From NCBI GenBank assembly GCA_008632985.1, contig QPGO01000054.1, forward strand, positions 238,261-258,260: a stretch of DNA of 20,000 nucleotides, in the 5' to 3' direction. Made by a program: the position numbers and the translations under genes. Shown here piece by piece: positions 1-11,180 of this stretch. Each line of letters opens with the position of its first letter. Positions within the stretch are counted from its first letter, which is position 1. The notes under the pieces were generated by a model that saw nothing but the letters and a program-made list of their open reading frames with translations, ran no database searches and was not told the origin of the DNA. The DNA is from Psammoneis japonica (Eukaryota).

Positions 1-1693
1 TCTCACACTGACAAGAGGGAAAAAAGGAGTTGTTGACACCTGAGAGGTGCAGGCAGAGAGCAGTCAACAGTTTGGCAAGTCAACTGCCCAAAATGACGTT
101 CAAGGCATGCAGAGCTTGCACTGAAATTTGTGTTGAAATGCACACAAATAGAAGAAAGGCCAAATCACACCAAGTTGGTGGGGTGTCTCAAATTCAAACT
201 TCTGGGAGCAGCAACAATGGAAGATTCTTTGCCACACAAAGCAGAGAACTTGAACTGACATTTGGCAGAAGGGGGGTCATTGATGCTGGAGAGTTGTGAG
301 TGGAGTGCAGTCAACAGTTGGGCAAGTTGACCATCTAAGATTGCTCTCAGAGAATGCACGCAGAATTTGTGCTGAATCTTGTGCAGAAACTTTTGCAGAT
401 TTTGGAGAAAATCACAAAGAAAAATGACAAGCAACCAAGCCAAAAGAGCTTGAGGCTAATTGCTTTCTAACACTTTCCAACAATGCTCTGGATTGCCCAT
501 GATGATGAAACAAAGGCACATCCACAGAAGAAGCAGTTGGAAAGAGCAGGTGAGAGCCATCATTGCACCATCAGAGAAAGGCAACATCAGTGCGCCAGAA
601 ATCATGAAAAAAAAACATGGGATGTGTGGCAGAGAGATGATGGCAGAATTGTGACAAGACAAAAAATGGATGGACAAGAGCAGCAGCACCTGGCTGGAGA
701 TCATCTGGAACACTGGCCAAGGTGAGCCTTTGCTCTGGATTGTTGTGGTTTCATTTTGAGATGCAGCACCACACTGTTGGGCTGCACATGCACCCACCTC
801 TGGTTAAAAAAAAAAGATTGCCCCACAGTTGTGTTCATGTGTGAGCAACAACATGCGAGTTTTGTAAAAAGGGATCCCCCCCCTCCTGGTGTGTGCACCC
901 CTGCTGGGTCTGCTGTGTGCCCAATTCACACAACACCACACACACACCAATGTGTCTGCACAGCAGGGGGTCTCACATGTCTCACACATCTGGGGGAGAC
1001 AACTGTTCTGTCACAGAGTTGCCGCCCTGCTGTTTGATGCAAAGGCAAGCTGCAGTCATGACACTCACAAATGCAACACAAAATCAGCGAGATGGTGGTG
1101 GCAGCAGTGCAAAAAAAAATCAGAGGGTGGGGCAGCTTGGTGGTGTGTGCAGAGCAGGTCTCCCAACAAAACAGCATGCAGCCAGTGTTTGCAGGAGACT
1201 TGTTTGTGCAGCAGTTGTGAGAGCCCTGCAAAAGTCATCAAGAACACTGCTTGTCAGTGTGTCCAAATGTGGCATGACATGGTCAACAGTGCACTGAGAA
1301 ACCCAACATGACCATCCAATGAACCACTGTCCAATTGTTGTGTGACAAGCCTCTCATTCTGATTGACAATGCAGTTGTTGATTCACAAACAATCAAGTCC
1401 CACAGTGGGAGATGCTGTTTTTTGTTGTTCGTTGAGCACTGCATTGGATGCAACTTCAAACCACAACATCATGTGGTGTGAAATCATGCACCAGCTTCCT
1501 GTGTGGTTGTGATGTGTGTTTCTGTTTGGCAGTGAAGCCAACACACAAGAACCAAGTGTGGATCCAAGCTTGCACCTCAAGCAACCAGGAGGAGGTGGCC
1601 CAAACCAAACAAAGCAACCCGGAGGCAAGGATTCTCAATTTGCCAAAATCAAGTGATTTTGCCAAATCCAGCTGGCCATCCACCCTGGAGGAC

Positions 1694-3101
1694 TCTGGGC
1701 GGTGGTGGACACAGTTGGAGCATGCTGGACGGCAGGTGCATTTGGACAGAGTGCTGGATGGCAGGCACAGTTGGAGAACCCCAAATGGTGGGCACAGTTG
1801 GAGGATGCTGGACTTTGGGTGCCCAGTTGGAGAGAGTGCTGGGCTGCTGTTGGAGAATGCTGGATGGTGAGTGCAGCTTGAGAATGCTGGATGATGATGG
1901 GCAAAGTTGGAGGATTCTGTCTGCAGGGTGCTTGATGCTGGATGGTGGGTGCAGTTGGAGAGGATGATGGACAGCAGGTGCATTTGAAGGATGCTGGATG
2001 GCAGATGCAGCTGGAGGGTGCTGGGCACACTGAATGGTGGATGCAGCTGGAGGGCTCTGGGTGGCAGGCCCAGTTTGAGGACAAATGATTGCCATTTCAT
2101 CCATTGAGTTTTCAACATTGTTTTTTTTTTTGCTGAATGACCACTTGCATTTGCCAGTGGAAGCACATGCTCCCAACTTTCTTGATTCTCTGCGCTTGAG
2201 CNNNNNNNNNNNNNNNNNNNNNNNNNNTGCATCAATGCTGTTCTCTGATTTGTTCAAGGTCTGCCATGAAAAGCTCAAGCACAAATGTGATTGCAGGTTG
2301 CTTCTGCACACAAGTCAAGAGCTTGTGTGGTTGTTGATTGCCCAATCATGATGGGGAGGCCATGGATTTGTCTCAGGAGAAGGTGGGCCTGTGATCTCAC
2401 CGCAAATGGGCAAGCATGGATGGTCATCCAAATTCGGGAGAAAGCACCGACTAGAGTCATGCATCTGGTCTCAACCATGCACCATCTTGAACTTGTGCTT
2501 TAACGAATTCTGCCATGACAGGCGCAGTTGGGCAAAACTGAGCAAATGAAGTTGGAGCTGAGGCAAGTCAAAGCCGCTGGCACTCTTCTCTGGTCTGGGC
2601 GGTGGTGGACACAGTTGGAGCATGCTGGACGGCAGGTGCATTTGGACAGAGTGCTGGATGGCAGGCACAGTTGGAGAACCCCAAATGGTGGGCACAGTTG
2701 GAGGATGCTGGACTTTGGGTGCCCAGTTGGAGAGAGTGCTGGGCTGCTGTTGGAGAATGCTGGATGGTGAGTGCAGCTTGAGAATGCTGGATGATGATGG
2801 GCAAAGTTGGAGGATTCTGTCTGCAGGGTGCTTGATGCTGGATGGTGGGTGCAGTTGGAGAGGATGATGGACAGCAGGTGCATTTGAAGGATGCTGGATG
2901 GCAGATGCAGCTGGAGGGTGCTGGGCACACTGAATGGTGGATGCAGCTGGAGGGCTCTGGGTGGCAGGCCCAGTTTGAGGACAAATGATTGCCATTTCAT
3001 CCATTGAGTTTTCAACATTGTTTTTTTTTTTGCTGAATGACCACTTGCATTTGCCAGTGGAAGCACATGCTCCCAACTTTCTTGATTCTCTGCGCTTGAG
3101 C
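1694..3101 (+). repeat. Identical 508-bp direct duplication (1694-2201 = 2594-3101), each copy ending at an N gap
   Basis: Line-by-line identity at an offset of 900. A second, diverged duplicate pair lies at 2377-about 2592 and 3274-3503. Confidence 0.9.
1700..2080. repeat. Degenerate minisatellite, unit about 27-33 bp (consensus like CAGTTGGAGGATGCTGGATGGCAGGTG), second copy at 2600-2980
   Basis: CAGTTGGAG/CAGCTGGAG and ATGCTGGATG recur about every 30 bp. The minus strand reads as repeated PxSSxLQLx. Confidence 0.8.
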
Positions 3102-3503
3102 NNNNNNNNNNNNNNNNNNNNNNNNNNNNNNNNNNNNNNNNNNNNNNNNNNNNNNNNNNNNNNNNNNNNNNNNNNNNNNNNNNNNNNNNNNNNNNNNNNN
3201 NNNNNNNNNNNNNNNNNNNNNNNNNNNNNNNNNNNNNNNNNNNNNNNNNNNNNNNNNNNNNNNNNNNNNNNNNGAGAAGGTGGGCCTGTGATCTCACCGC
3301 AAATGGGCAAGCATGGATGGTCATCCAAATTCGGGAGAAAGCACCGACTAGAATCATGCATCTGGTCTCAACCATGCACCATCTTGAACTTGTGCTTTGA
3401 CGAATTCTGCCATGACAGGCGCAGTTGGGCACAATTGAGCAAATGAAGTTATGAAGTTGGAGCTGAGGCAAGTCAAAGTCAAAGCCGCAGGCACTCTTCT
3501 CTG

Positions 3504-3526
3504 CCCCCCCCCCCCCCCCCCCCCCG
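3504..3526. repeat. C23 homopolymer at the boundary between degenerate repeat and normal genic DNA
   Basis: 23 consecutive C; TpA and CpG return immediately downstream. Confidence 0.9.
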
Positions 3527-3669
3527 CGACCCGCCACATTCGAATACGATGGAAATACTGGCGCTTTGCTTTGGCTATAACATTACCTAGATGCTTAAGG
3601 GCTGAGTTTAGATTACGAAGTGCGCAAAAGCAGAATATACATCGGCTTAGGGATAACAGCAATGGGATC

Positions 3670-5247
3670 TCAACGAGAGCACGACCCTCCCGCTGTGTTT
3701 CTTCTCACTCGAGTTGGCGGAGATGTAGTGGCCTCGTGATAAGAAGATGTGGTGCGCATGCCCGGGAATACGCCAGAAGCCGTGGGCCGCACCAAAGCTC
3801 TTCCGCCCGTAATTCTCGACCCGTCAAATGTCTTGTACATGTTGACGACATTATCAGAAATTCCGTCTTCAGCGGTTGCCACAGCCACCACATCGCCGCA
3901 ACGAGAAAAGACCGTGACAGCCTTCTGAGTAAGCCTAAAGCTCCGTGAACTCGTCCTTCGCCGATCCAGATTTACAATGTTGACATAAAAGACGCCATTG
4001 CTCTGAGAGTTCGCGAGAAAGGTCCGTCCATCCGCTGAGAAACCCCATCCAGCACTGCCCCGGATATTTGAGAGATAAAACACTCGACGGTTCTCTTCGA
4101 GATCCCACACAACCACTGTTGTGGGGGAGACAAGCGAAGCTTGGGTAACCATGACAAAATATCGTCTATCCGGCCCGAACCCATACTTTCGTGTTCCTCG
4201 GGATAGAGTATGTCGGTAAATGCTTCGGCCATCGGACTGGCGAATAACGGCGAGGCGCGATCCTGTCACCTCAACACGGTATTGGTCGCCACCGCTGGTA
4301 ACTGGAGCAGTCGGCGGCCTCATAGGCCCAGTTTTGGAGCACTCACAATCCACGCCAGGTTTTGGAGCGTTCACGTCGTATTCCTCTCCCTCTGTTTCTT
4401 CTGGTGGAGAACCAGTACCGCCACTTCCTGGAAGACCAGCAATAGGAGCACCGCCTAATTGTGAAGACAAAGCGTTGTTACGGGATTCTGTGTGCGCTCT
4501 TGTTGTGCTCTCGAATTCATCCGAATCCAGAGACATGCACCAATTATAGTGCTCAAGATGGCTAACACTCCAATCGTGTCCACAATTTCTTCGCCGATTC
4601 GCGTACCCTTGTCGAACAGCAGTTTCAGCATAGGCATCGCAAACGCATCTCTGCAATGCTTGTTGTCGATATTTTTCGCCGTCTTGAGTTAGAAGAACAT
4701 GGCTTCCAAAGAGGCACCACGAGGAATGGTATGCAAATCTTGAGTCCCACTCTGGGCCTTGATATCCACATTCGTACTGGAGGTTCTTGTTATTTTGTGT
4801 CACGGCTTTGCGACTATAACCCTGGCATGCTTGTTCTTGAAAGGCACACAGTAAGAAATCGCTGTTTCGGCGGAGCTCTCCCTGTTGCATGGCGGCAAGA
4901 TTCTTGACTTGCATGCACCAGTCATAGTGTGTTGCCTTTTGCAAGCTCCACACGGGGCCTCCCAAATTTGATCCACACGGCAGGGCTTTCATTCGTCTCG
5001 ATACATCCACTGCCGAATTGGCGTAGTTTTCACAAGGCCTCACCCAGAGCTGGTCTTGGTTTGCATATGGGTTTTTATTGCAGTTGTCAGTCACGCACGG
5101 CAGCTGCAACAGGCGTCGGGATTGCTCCTTCGGTTTCGTATCAGCCGAATGCAACCTCTTCCTACTGATGCGAAGCTGGAAAACAAGGCACACCGCACAT
5201 AGCACGGCGACAACACGAAACATATCTTTTGAGAAGGATCGATTCAT
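3670..5247 (-). CDS. Secreted or signal-anchored protein with three Cys-rich repeats (CxxYxxxAVx...CG...W...HxxWC), a Gly/Pro/Glu linker and a C-terminal beta-rich (propeller-like) domain
   Basis: Long ORF, likely ATG at 5247 (MNRSFSKDMFRVVAVLCAVCLVFQLR, hydrophobic stretch). Repeats CENYANSAV..HYDWC, CQGYSRKAV..HSSWC and CDAYAETAV..HYNWC. YGFGPDRRYF, WGFSADGRTFL and VFSRCGDVVAV resemble propeller blades. Confidence 0.75.
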   Translation of the reverse strand: MNRSFSKDMFRVVAVLCAVCLVFQLRISRKRLHSADTKPKEQSRRLLQLPCVTDNCNKNPYANQDQLWVRPCENYANSAVDVSRRMKALPCGSNLGGPVWSLQKATHYDWCMQVKNLAAMQQGELRRNSDFLLCAFQEQACQGYSRKAVTQNNKNLQYECGYQGPEWDSRFAYHSSWCLFGSHVLLTQDGEKYRQQALQRCVCDAYAETAVRQGYANRRRNCGHDWSVSHLEHYNWCMSLDSDEFESTTRAHTESRNNALSSQLGGAPIAGLPGSGGTGSPPEETEGEEYDVNAPKPGVDCECSKTGPMRPPTAPVTSGGDQYRVEVTGSRLAVIRQSDGRSIYRHTLSRGTRKYGFGPDRRYFVMVTQASLVSPTTVVVWDLEENRRVFYLSNIRGSAGWGFSADGRTFLANSQSNGVFYVNIVNLDRRRTSSRSFRLTQKAVTVFSRCGDVVAVATAEDGISDNVVNMYKTFDGSRITGGRALVRPTASGVFPGMRTTSSYHEATTSPPTRVRRNTAGGSCSR

Positions 5248-5822
5248 GATTGCAGTTCTCGGACGAAGGCAAAAACGCTGAAGCGACAAGTATATACACG
5301 GAAAAGATTGTGCCTTCTGGTAGAGTGAATGTAGACTCTCGGTGATTATCCGCCTTAGCATTCAGTCGTGAGTCATGCTGCTTGTAAAAAAGGACCATTA
5401 CTTTGCAGCAATGCCACGAGTGAAAGAAACGGCGGGAACTACTCTCTCTAGCTAGAGAGCTAGTAGAGATTAGAGAGAGAGTAGAGTGTACCGTACCGCA
5501 CGGACGGCAGCACTTGATAGTCGGTGCCACGACTCAAAGAAAACGCGGTTGCGGGTCCGCGTTAGAATTTCTGTTTCGAACTGCGTGAATTCACAAAAGT
5601 CTCGGTTGGCGTCGCAACCATCGCATTTGGTCAAGAAGAAGCTCTACCCATAGGCCTGTGCTCTGCCGGTAGCTAGAGAGGGTATGCCATAAAGGCTCTC
5701 TCTACTAGAGCAGCAGACAGAGGAGGACAATGGCAGGCAAGGATGTGTCCCAAGGCTTTCTAAACAGTGGCAACGGGGTGGCGCTGCATGCAAATCTGTC
5801 TTAAAAGAAGTCGTCGCCTTTC

Positions 5823-8049
5823 CTAGCCTCTTGGTGGTGGCATGCCTTCAACAGTATTCCACGGTAGCAGGCTTCTCCACAGAACTTCGAGCATTGGTAG
5901 ATCGGGATCAATGACGTTTGTAGGTGGACCGCCAATTTGCAAGAGATTACCTCCAAATCGTGCCCCGGCTTGCTGTTCAAGTAGCTGTTCCCTCCGATTG
6001 TTCCAATCCTGCCGGAGAAATCTAAAGAATCAGTGTTGAAAACAAATGGATAAGACGCTCTTGCGTAGAAAGGGGGAGCGCAGAAACGCCGGGACCGACA
6101 GACGTACCTGTCGTTGGGAAGAACTTACCTGCGTCGATTCGGATCAATAGCTAGAGCTGGCCCAACCAAGTTTGGATCTAGCGGATTTGCATCTGGCGGA
6201 AGCGTCCTAAAACGGTCCTTGTAGTCGTCCGGGTCCACTTTTTTGTATCTGCAAAACGCGGTCTTGATCGAACCTGTTACTGGTGCTCCTAGATTGCAGC
6301 AGTTCTCATAGAGCCACAACAGAACCTTGTTGCTCGACCAAAGCTTGTGGTTTCGATCTACAAAGATTTGAATCATCAAGTCGCACGTGGTGCTGGCACT
6401 ACGGCAGAGGGTGGGGTCCAATTCTTCCTCTTGCGCTGTTGACATTCTGTTACGCAAGTCAACCAACACGGAGGGCCAGTCGGTCTGAAAGGATCGACCT
6501 GTCTTGTCTACTTCATTCTTGTCCAAGAGCATTTCCACAACTTTGGGGAACTTCTGTATCGCTGAGACAAGGGCTTCGCTGGCACGGTCCAATGACACTA
6601 CGTCTGGATCAGAAAGGTGCAAGCGGTGAAGCGCAAGCGCATACGAGTAGGACCAATTCGGCAGGTCTAGCAATTCGCATTGATATTGCTTTTCTGATGC
6701 TGGTTCACGGTAGTGAATTTGAATCTTTGACATTTATGAATATAGAGACAAACAGTAACTTTCGTTAGCAAATTCAGCCACGTGACATCACCCCGCACCC
6801 CACCCCTTCGCTACAATAACTTACCCGTTGACTCTCCACAAGGTCCACAACAAATTGATCGTGAGAGCTGGTCAAAGTGGCAAGTCCATAGTAGTCGAGA
6901 AGCAGCAGGACACCCATTGGGTCGCAAAGTGGATTGAGGGACAAGAGATATCGGGAAACTGCAAGACATGTTCGAATGCAACTTTGTGTGAAGACGTGAG
7001 AAATAAACAACATTAGTTCGTGCAATATATGAAACTTACCCGGCGACACCACTAACTTGAATCAGTCGAAACAATGCATGAAAGTATGACGCATTCTCCT
7101 TCAAATCGTAGTCCATAAAAAAGCTTTTCTTTGAGTCAAGTGGTGTAAAACCAGCCAAGGTTGAACATTCATACACCCACAGACATCGTTTCAGTACGGA
7201 GAGGCCCTCCTGACTCTGGCTCGTTTGGTACAAAACCATGCAGAGTTGAAGGAGTGCTTCCACCACAAAAGGGTGATGTGCTACATAAAGAGCTAAAGCA
7301 TTGACATCGCCGGTTTGTTGGATGCGCTCATAATCTGAAAAGTCTCGTTGATATGTATCTGAGCGAATAAAGGTAAACCATCGCGACAAGTCGACTTCGT
7401 CTTGACCGACGGTTCCTTCCATTGTATACGGCCACGGCAAGGTACGTGGTTCATCCTGATAACTCGTCATGCCCAAGCCTCCACCGATATAATGAGGGGG
7501 GCGCTGTTGTGCCCACTCGTCTCGGGGGGGTCCAAACAATAGTCTCGTTGCACGTCGTTGTGAACGGGATGGTGCACTGTCTTCTGTATCGTTTCCAAGC
7601 AGAGAGGTGCGCATGACATAGTCAATATCTAGATCTCTTGCATCCATACCATTTACAATCACTGCAAACCAAGACGGAATCGAAGGGTCATCCATGGGCG
7701 TAGCTGATGTATTTTTCTTGTCGTGTGTCGCAAACTCAGCAAGAAGGGCATCTAAGTCTTCTTGTTCCTGTGGTTCCTGTTCTTCTTTCGCTAAGGAATC
7801 AGATATTTTCTTCGGTTCTACTTCTGACTCCTGTATCAATTTTTCTGAAGAATCTTCTCCCTCCTCTTCACCGCCATCACCATCACTGACGTCCTCCTCT
7901 GACGAAGACTCTTCGTCTACCATGGCGAGAAAAGCAGCACGTTTTTGCCCCGTCACATTTTCTTCTTCCTCTTCTTCACTCTCGGACTCGAGTTGTCGCT
8001 CAGCAGCTTCTCGCTCCTCCCTCAAACGTCGAATAGCTCTTGAACTCAT
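5823..8049 (-). CDS. TCF25: TCF25/Rqc1 family ribosome quality-control protein; exons 7040-8049, 6825-6981, 6129-6724, 5823-6021
   Basis: N-terminus MSSRAIRRL followed by an acidic tract; HPFVVEALLQL; GCIRTCLAVSRYLLSLNPLCDPMGVLLLLDYYGL; C-terminal LWRSLLPWN. Three GTAAGT donors and AG acceptors join all exons in frame, ending at TAG 5823-5825. Confidence 0.9.
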
Positions 8050-8614
8050 CTTTACGATACTATCGTTTCTTGTTTCAATCAACAACAGCAATGTTCAATG
8101 TGAACGCGGTCCATCGCAGGTCCATCGTCCATCGTCCATTCATCCGGCCGGTGGACGGTGCGCGGCAGCGCGGATGCGCGACTCTGAAGAAATCGTAATG
8201 TTATATTGACTGTATCTATTGCCTTTATATTGCCCGTTAGTACATAACGCTTTACAATATTTAACGTCGTGTACTAAGACATAAAAAGCAACATTATAAG
8301 AAGGTCTTATAATCCATAAGTACGTTTAATCTTGTTTGCATCATTGTTAAATAAATTCTCCTTAAACGGGTTTGTCTTGAAGAATATATTTCTTTTAAAT
8401 AATTACATAATATCAATGTCACTCCATAAGAATGACAATTAGTCCGAATAGATTTTATGTTAAACGACAGTTTCTATCCAAGATCGATGGACTTTAAGTA
8501 CAAAGAAGGGGGGGATCACAAATCCTCGCTTCTCTCGCTTGCATTCATTTGAAAAGTTCATCACAGCGACTTCGCTCTTTGCTCTCATTCTGATTTTTGA
8601 AAAGAGGAGAAGCA

Positions 8615-10545
8615 ATGGTAATATTCAGCAATTGGGTGCAAGTGATTGCATCTGTTACTGCCTTTGCCTGGGTGCCAAGTGCCGCAGGAGTGAGTTTGTC
8701 TCGTGGTGTTTTCTTTGGTACCAGTTACCAGAGGATGCGAAAGATACACATTAATAGTACGCTGCTTTCACTAACTCTGCAATTTTTTCTCTACAACTCC
8801 CAAAAAAGGACAATTCGTATTCTGGTACCCTTACATGTGCCGGAGGATCTGCCGGCACCTATATCAAGGGAGAAGTGGGACACGGTGAAGCTGCATACTG
8901 GAGGGCGAGCCTTGTTGAAGGCGCTTACGCAAAGATTCGCTTTTCCAGCACATCCTGTGGCTTGCGTCCTCTCTTGTCTCTGCATTATGGAGCCGGCCAA
9001 GATCTGGAAGGACAGGAAGTCACCGAAGCGGTCCTGACAACTGGATATCCGAGTCGTTGTGATGGTACAATCACAGACCCAAGGCTGAATCTCGAGCAAG
9101 TTCCTTCGACGGGAGACTATAACATTACGGTGATTGGTGATGGCGATCCTCTCCCAGGAGGTGAACCTTATCAATACAAGATCAAAATCATATCATCCGA
9201 CAAAGACAGTGACGGCGAGGGCGATGCGTGCGATTTATGCCCAAACACGGATATGGATACAAATGTTATGGTTTTGGAACTAGATACGACTGTTCCGAAT
9301 CTGATGGTAGGCGAAGGGTGCTCATTGAATGATTTAATGCCATCTTTCCTTACAACTTGTGCGAGTGATGCCCTTGAGCAAGGTACTGAAGCAAACAGGA
9401 GCCGATTATTCCGGATTTGCATGGCAAACATCTTTAAGCAATACGAAGCTGATGGGCTCATATCTGCCGACGAGCGTCTACTGCTGATGAGGAACGGAGT
9501 GCGAATGATTGACGAGGTAATATTTGATACCGTTACAGGTGGTGAGGGAGGACCAGGTGGCGAGGGAGGACCAGGTGGTGACGCATTTTCATGCACGTGG
9601 GGTCCTAGCTCACAAGAAGAGTGCAAAGCATTGCTTTCGTCTCGACTCCCATATTCGCATGACGAAACCGAGACGCAGAACTCCAACAGGATTGGACATC
9701 GCTGGGTCTTCCTCGGCGACTCCACTACTGCTCGCATGATGCGAAATTCAGCATTGACAAACTATCTTTCACGTGACGCCACGCAGCGACTGCAACTCTC
9801 TTGTCCCGACAAGTACATTTGTGACCGCCGCAGTGTAGGTTCCAACTGCATGTTCAACGACGAGTTTGGATTTGAGTACAGACCTGATTTCGATTGGTTT
9901 CCACCCGACTACGACAACAATGCAGAGGGGCCAGTCGGATATACACCCTATTGTCTTGACTGTTCCGGGTGCATATCCAACTTTGTGATTTGCCAAGATG
10001 GCCAACCAGGTCAACCCTGCGAAAATCTCACTGTTCCAGTGACATACGGTGGATACTTTGCAGTGGAATTTGCGAGAGACGTGGAAATGCAAAGCCCAGA
10101 ATTTGACACCACTCAGGAGCACATCGCCGCCTTCATGAAACGTACCTTCAATTCAGATGCCAGCATCGTCGAGACTTTGGGGTATCCTGTTTGCGTCGTT
10201 AACGTCGGGACTCACGACGGGTTGATTCCAAATATCACGACGCCCGAATTCATCTCCAATGTGGAGTGGTACCTTGGTCTGCTCTCCCCACAATGTGAAC
10301 ACATTATTTACCATGGTGTTGTTGCCCCAGATGGAGATCGGTATCCGGGTCACTCTGACCGCATGTTTCTTTGGAACAACGAAGTAAGGGACTTGCTGAA
10401 AAGTAATCCTGAGTTTAGCAGCAAGTCCACTTATATTGATGTTTTTAACACATCGAAAAACGAAGAGCACGCGGACAAAATTCACATGGCCGCAGAATGG
10501 TACCAAGCCTTCGGAGGTTTCTTTCAGGAACTCATTGAAAATTGA
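8615..10545 (+). CDS. Secreted SGNH/GDS(L)-type hydrolase-like protein with a thrombospondin type-3-like Ca-binding motif; exons 8615-8689 and 8809-10545
   Basis: A 25-codon signal-peptide exon ends at GTGAGT; branch-like CTAAC; the acceptor at 8808 joins in frame to the 8875 ORF. Motifs DKDSDGEGDACDLCPNTD, (GGEGGP)2, WVFLGDSTT (block I), NVGTHD (block III) and DKIH (block V). Confidence 0.8.
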
Positions 10546-10939
10546 ATGTATGCGTCTATTTCATCCGTTTCTTCTGCAATGAGGTTTAATTCTATAAGCG
10601 TTGCTAAATACATACAGTACACTGCATCTCGAAGCAACAGATACCGATGGCTGTGAGCTATCCCAATCCGTAAAGTTGGTTGCCTGAGGAGAATCCTCAC
10701 ATCTAAGACTTTTTTTTTGAGGGTATTGAACTCAACATGTTGGTAGGATACACTTGGACACAGCCCAACAACGTGTCGGTGGGAAATCAAGGAGTGAAAT
10801 TCCAAGCGCTCAAACTTATCAAAACCGAAATCGCTTCTACCCTCTCTTACCCGGAGTCCGAACGCAGTTCACATAGGAATGATGCTACTATGTCCATTTC
10901 TCAATTCAGTTCTTTCGCATCTTGATTTGTTCTTCTCCC

Positions 10940-11180
10940 TTCTATCACGCATCATCTAGACTATGCCTCTGCTGCCTTCCTTTGCAAGAGCGGCGTTGGC
11001 TTCACCGCTCATACTCTGCAACTTCGTCTTTGTTCGTGCCTCCTTTCCCTCTCCCTCTAAAGCATCATCTGAGCCTCAGCTGACGTAACCCTACGGCGTC
11101 GGCTTCACCACTCATCCTTTCCACGTTCCTCCTTGTTCATGGTTCTTTATCTTCCTCTAAAGCATCATCTGGGCCTTCGT
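10940..11180 (-). repeat. Degenerate tandem repeat of about 100-105 bp (2.5-3 units) spanning the GPCR stop codon
   Basis: TCTAAAGCATCATCTG at about 11156 and about 11056; GCATCATCTAG at about 10949; CGGCGT(T/C)GGCTTCACC at about 10991 and about 11094. Confidence 0.75.

Larger units (their letters stand above)
1..3503. repeat. Heavily degenerated repeat/TE-relic region depleted of both TpA and CpG, with two assembly gaps
   Basis: About 10 TpA by hand count in about 3.3 kb of called bases, none between about 867 and 2451. CpG is also rare and TG/CA are very abundant. Overlapping Cys/His/Gln-rich ORFs in all frames show no recognisable protein. N-runs at 2202-2227 and 3102-3273. Ends sharply at a C-run. 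Confidence 0.8.

Noticed and set aside
1700..2080. CRISPR-like array
   Set aside because: Units are degenerate and contiguous with no unique spacers, no cas genes, and the context is eukaryotic.
1694..3101. Identical 508-bp duplication as a real recent tandem duplication
   Set aside because: Both copies end exactly at N gaps, typical of scaffolding or gap-filling redundancy; unverifiable without reads.
30..3537. Dozens of overlapping ORFs of 60-345 aa
   Set aside because: They result from loss of TAA/TAG stops and read-through of N gaps; Cys/His/Gln/Trp-skewed with no motifs.
5444..5459. 16-bp palindrome CTCTCTAGCTAGAGAG and a nearby CT/AG hairpin at about 5670-5710
   Set aside because: Low-complexity CT/GA microsatellite context; no TSD or clear MITE structure.
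8108..8140. Short GTCCATC tandem repeats upstream of TCF25
   Set aside because: Could be promoter elements, but too short to assign.
7694..8209. Antisense ORFs over TCF25 and other genes (e.g. 9171-9737, 17989-18447)
   Set aside because: Shadow frames of real CDSs.
8200..8500. AT-rich intergenic stretch as a centromere-like element
   Set aside because: Only about 300 bp between divergent genes; ordinary promoter-type composition. It serves as a TpA-rich internal control.
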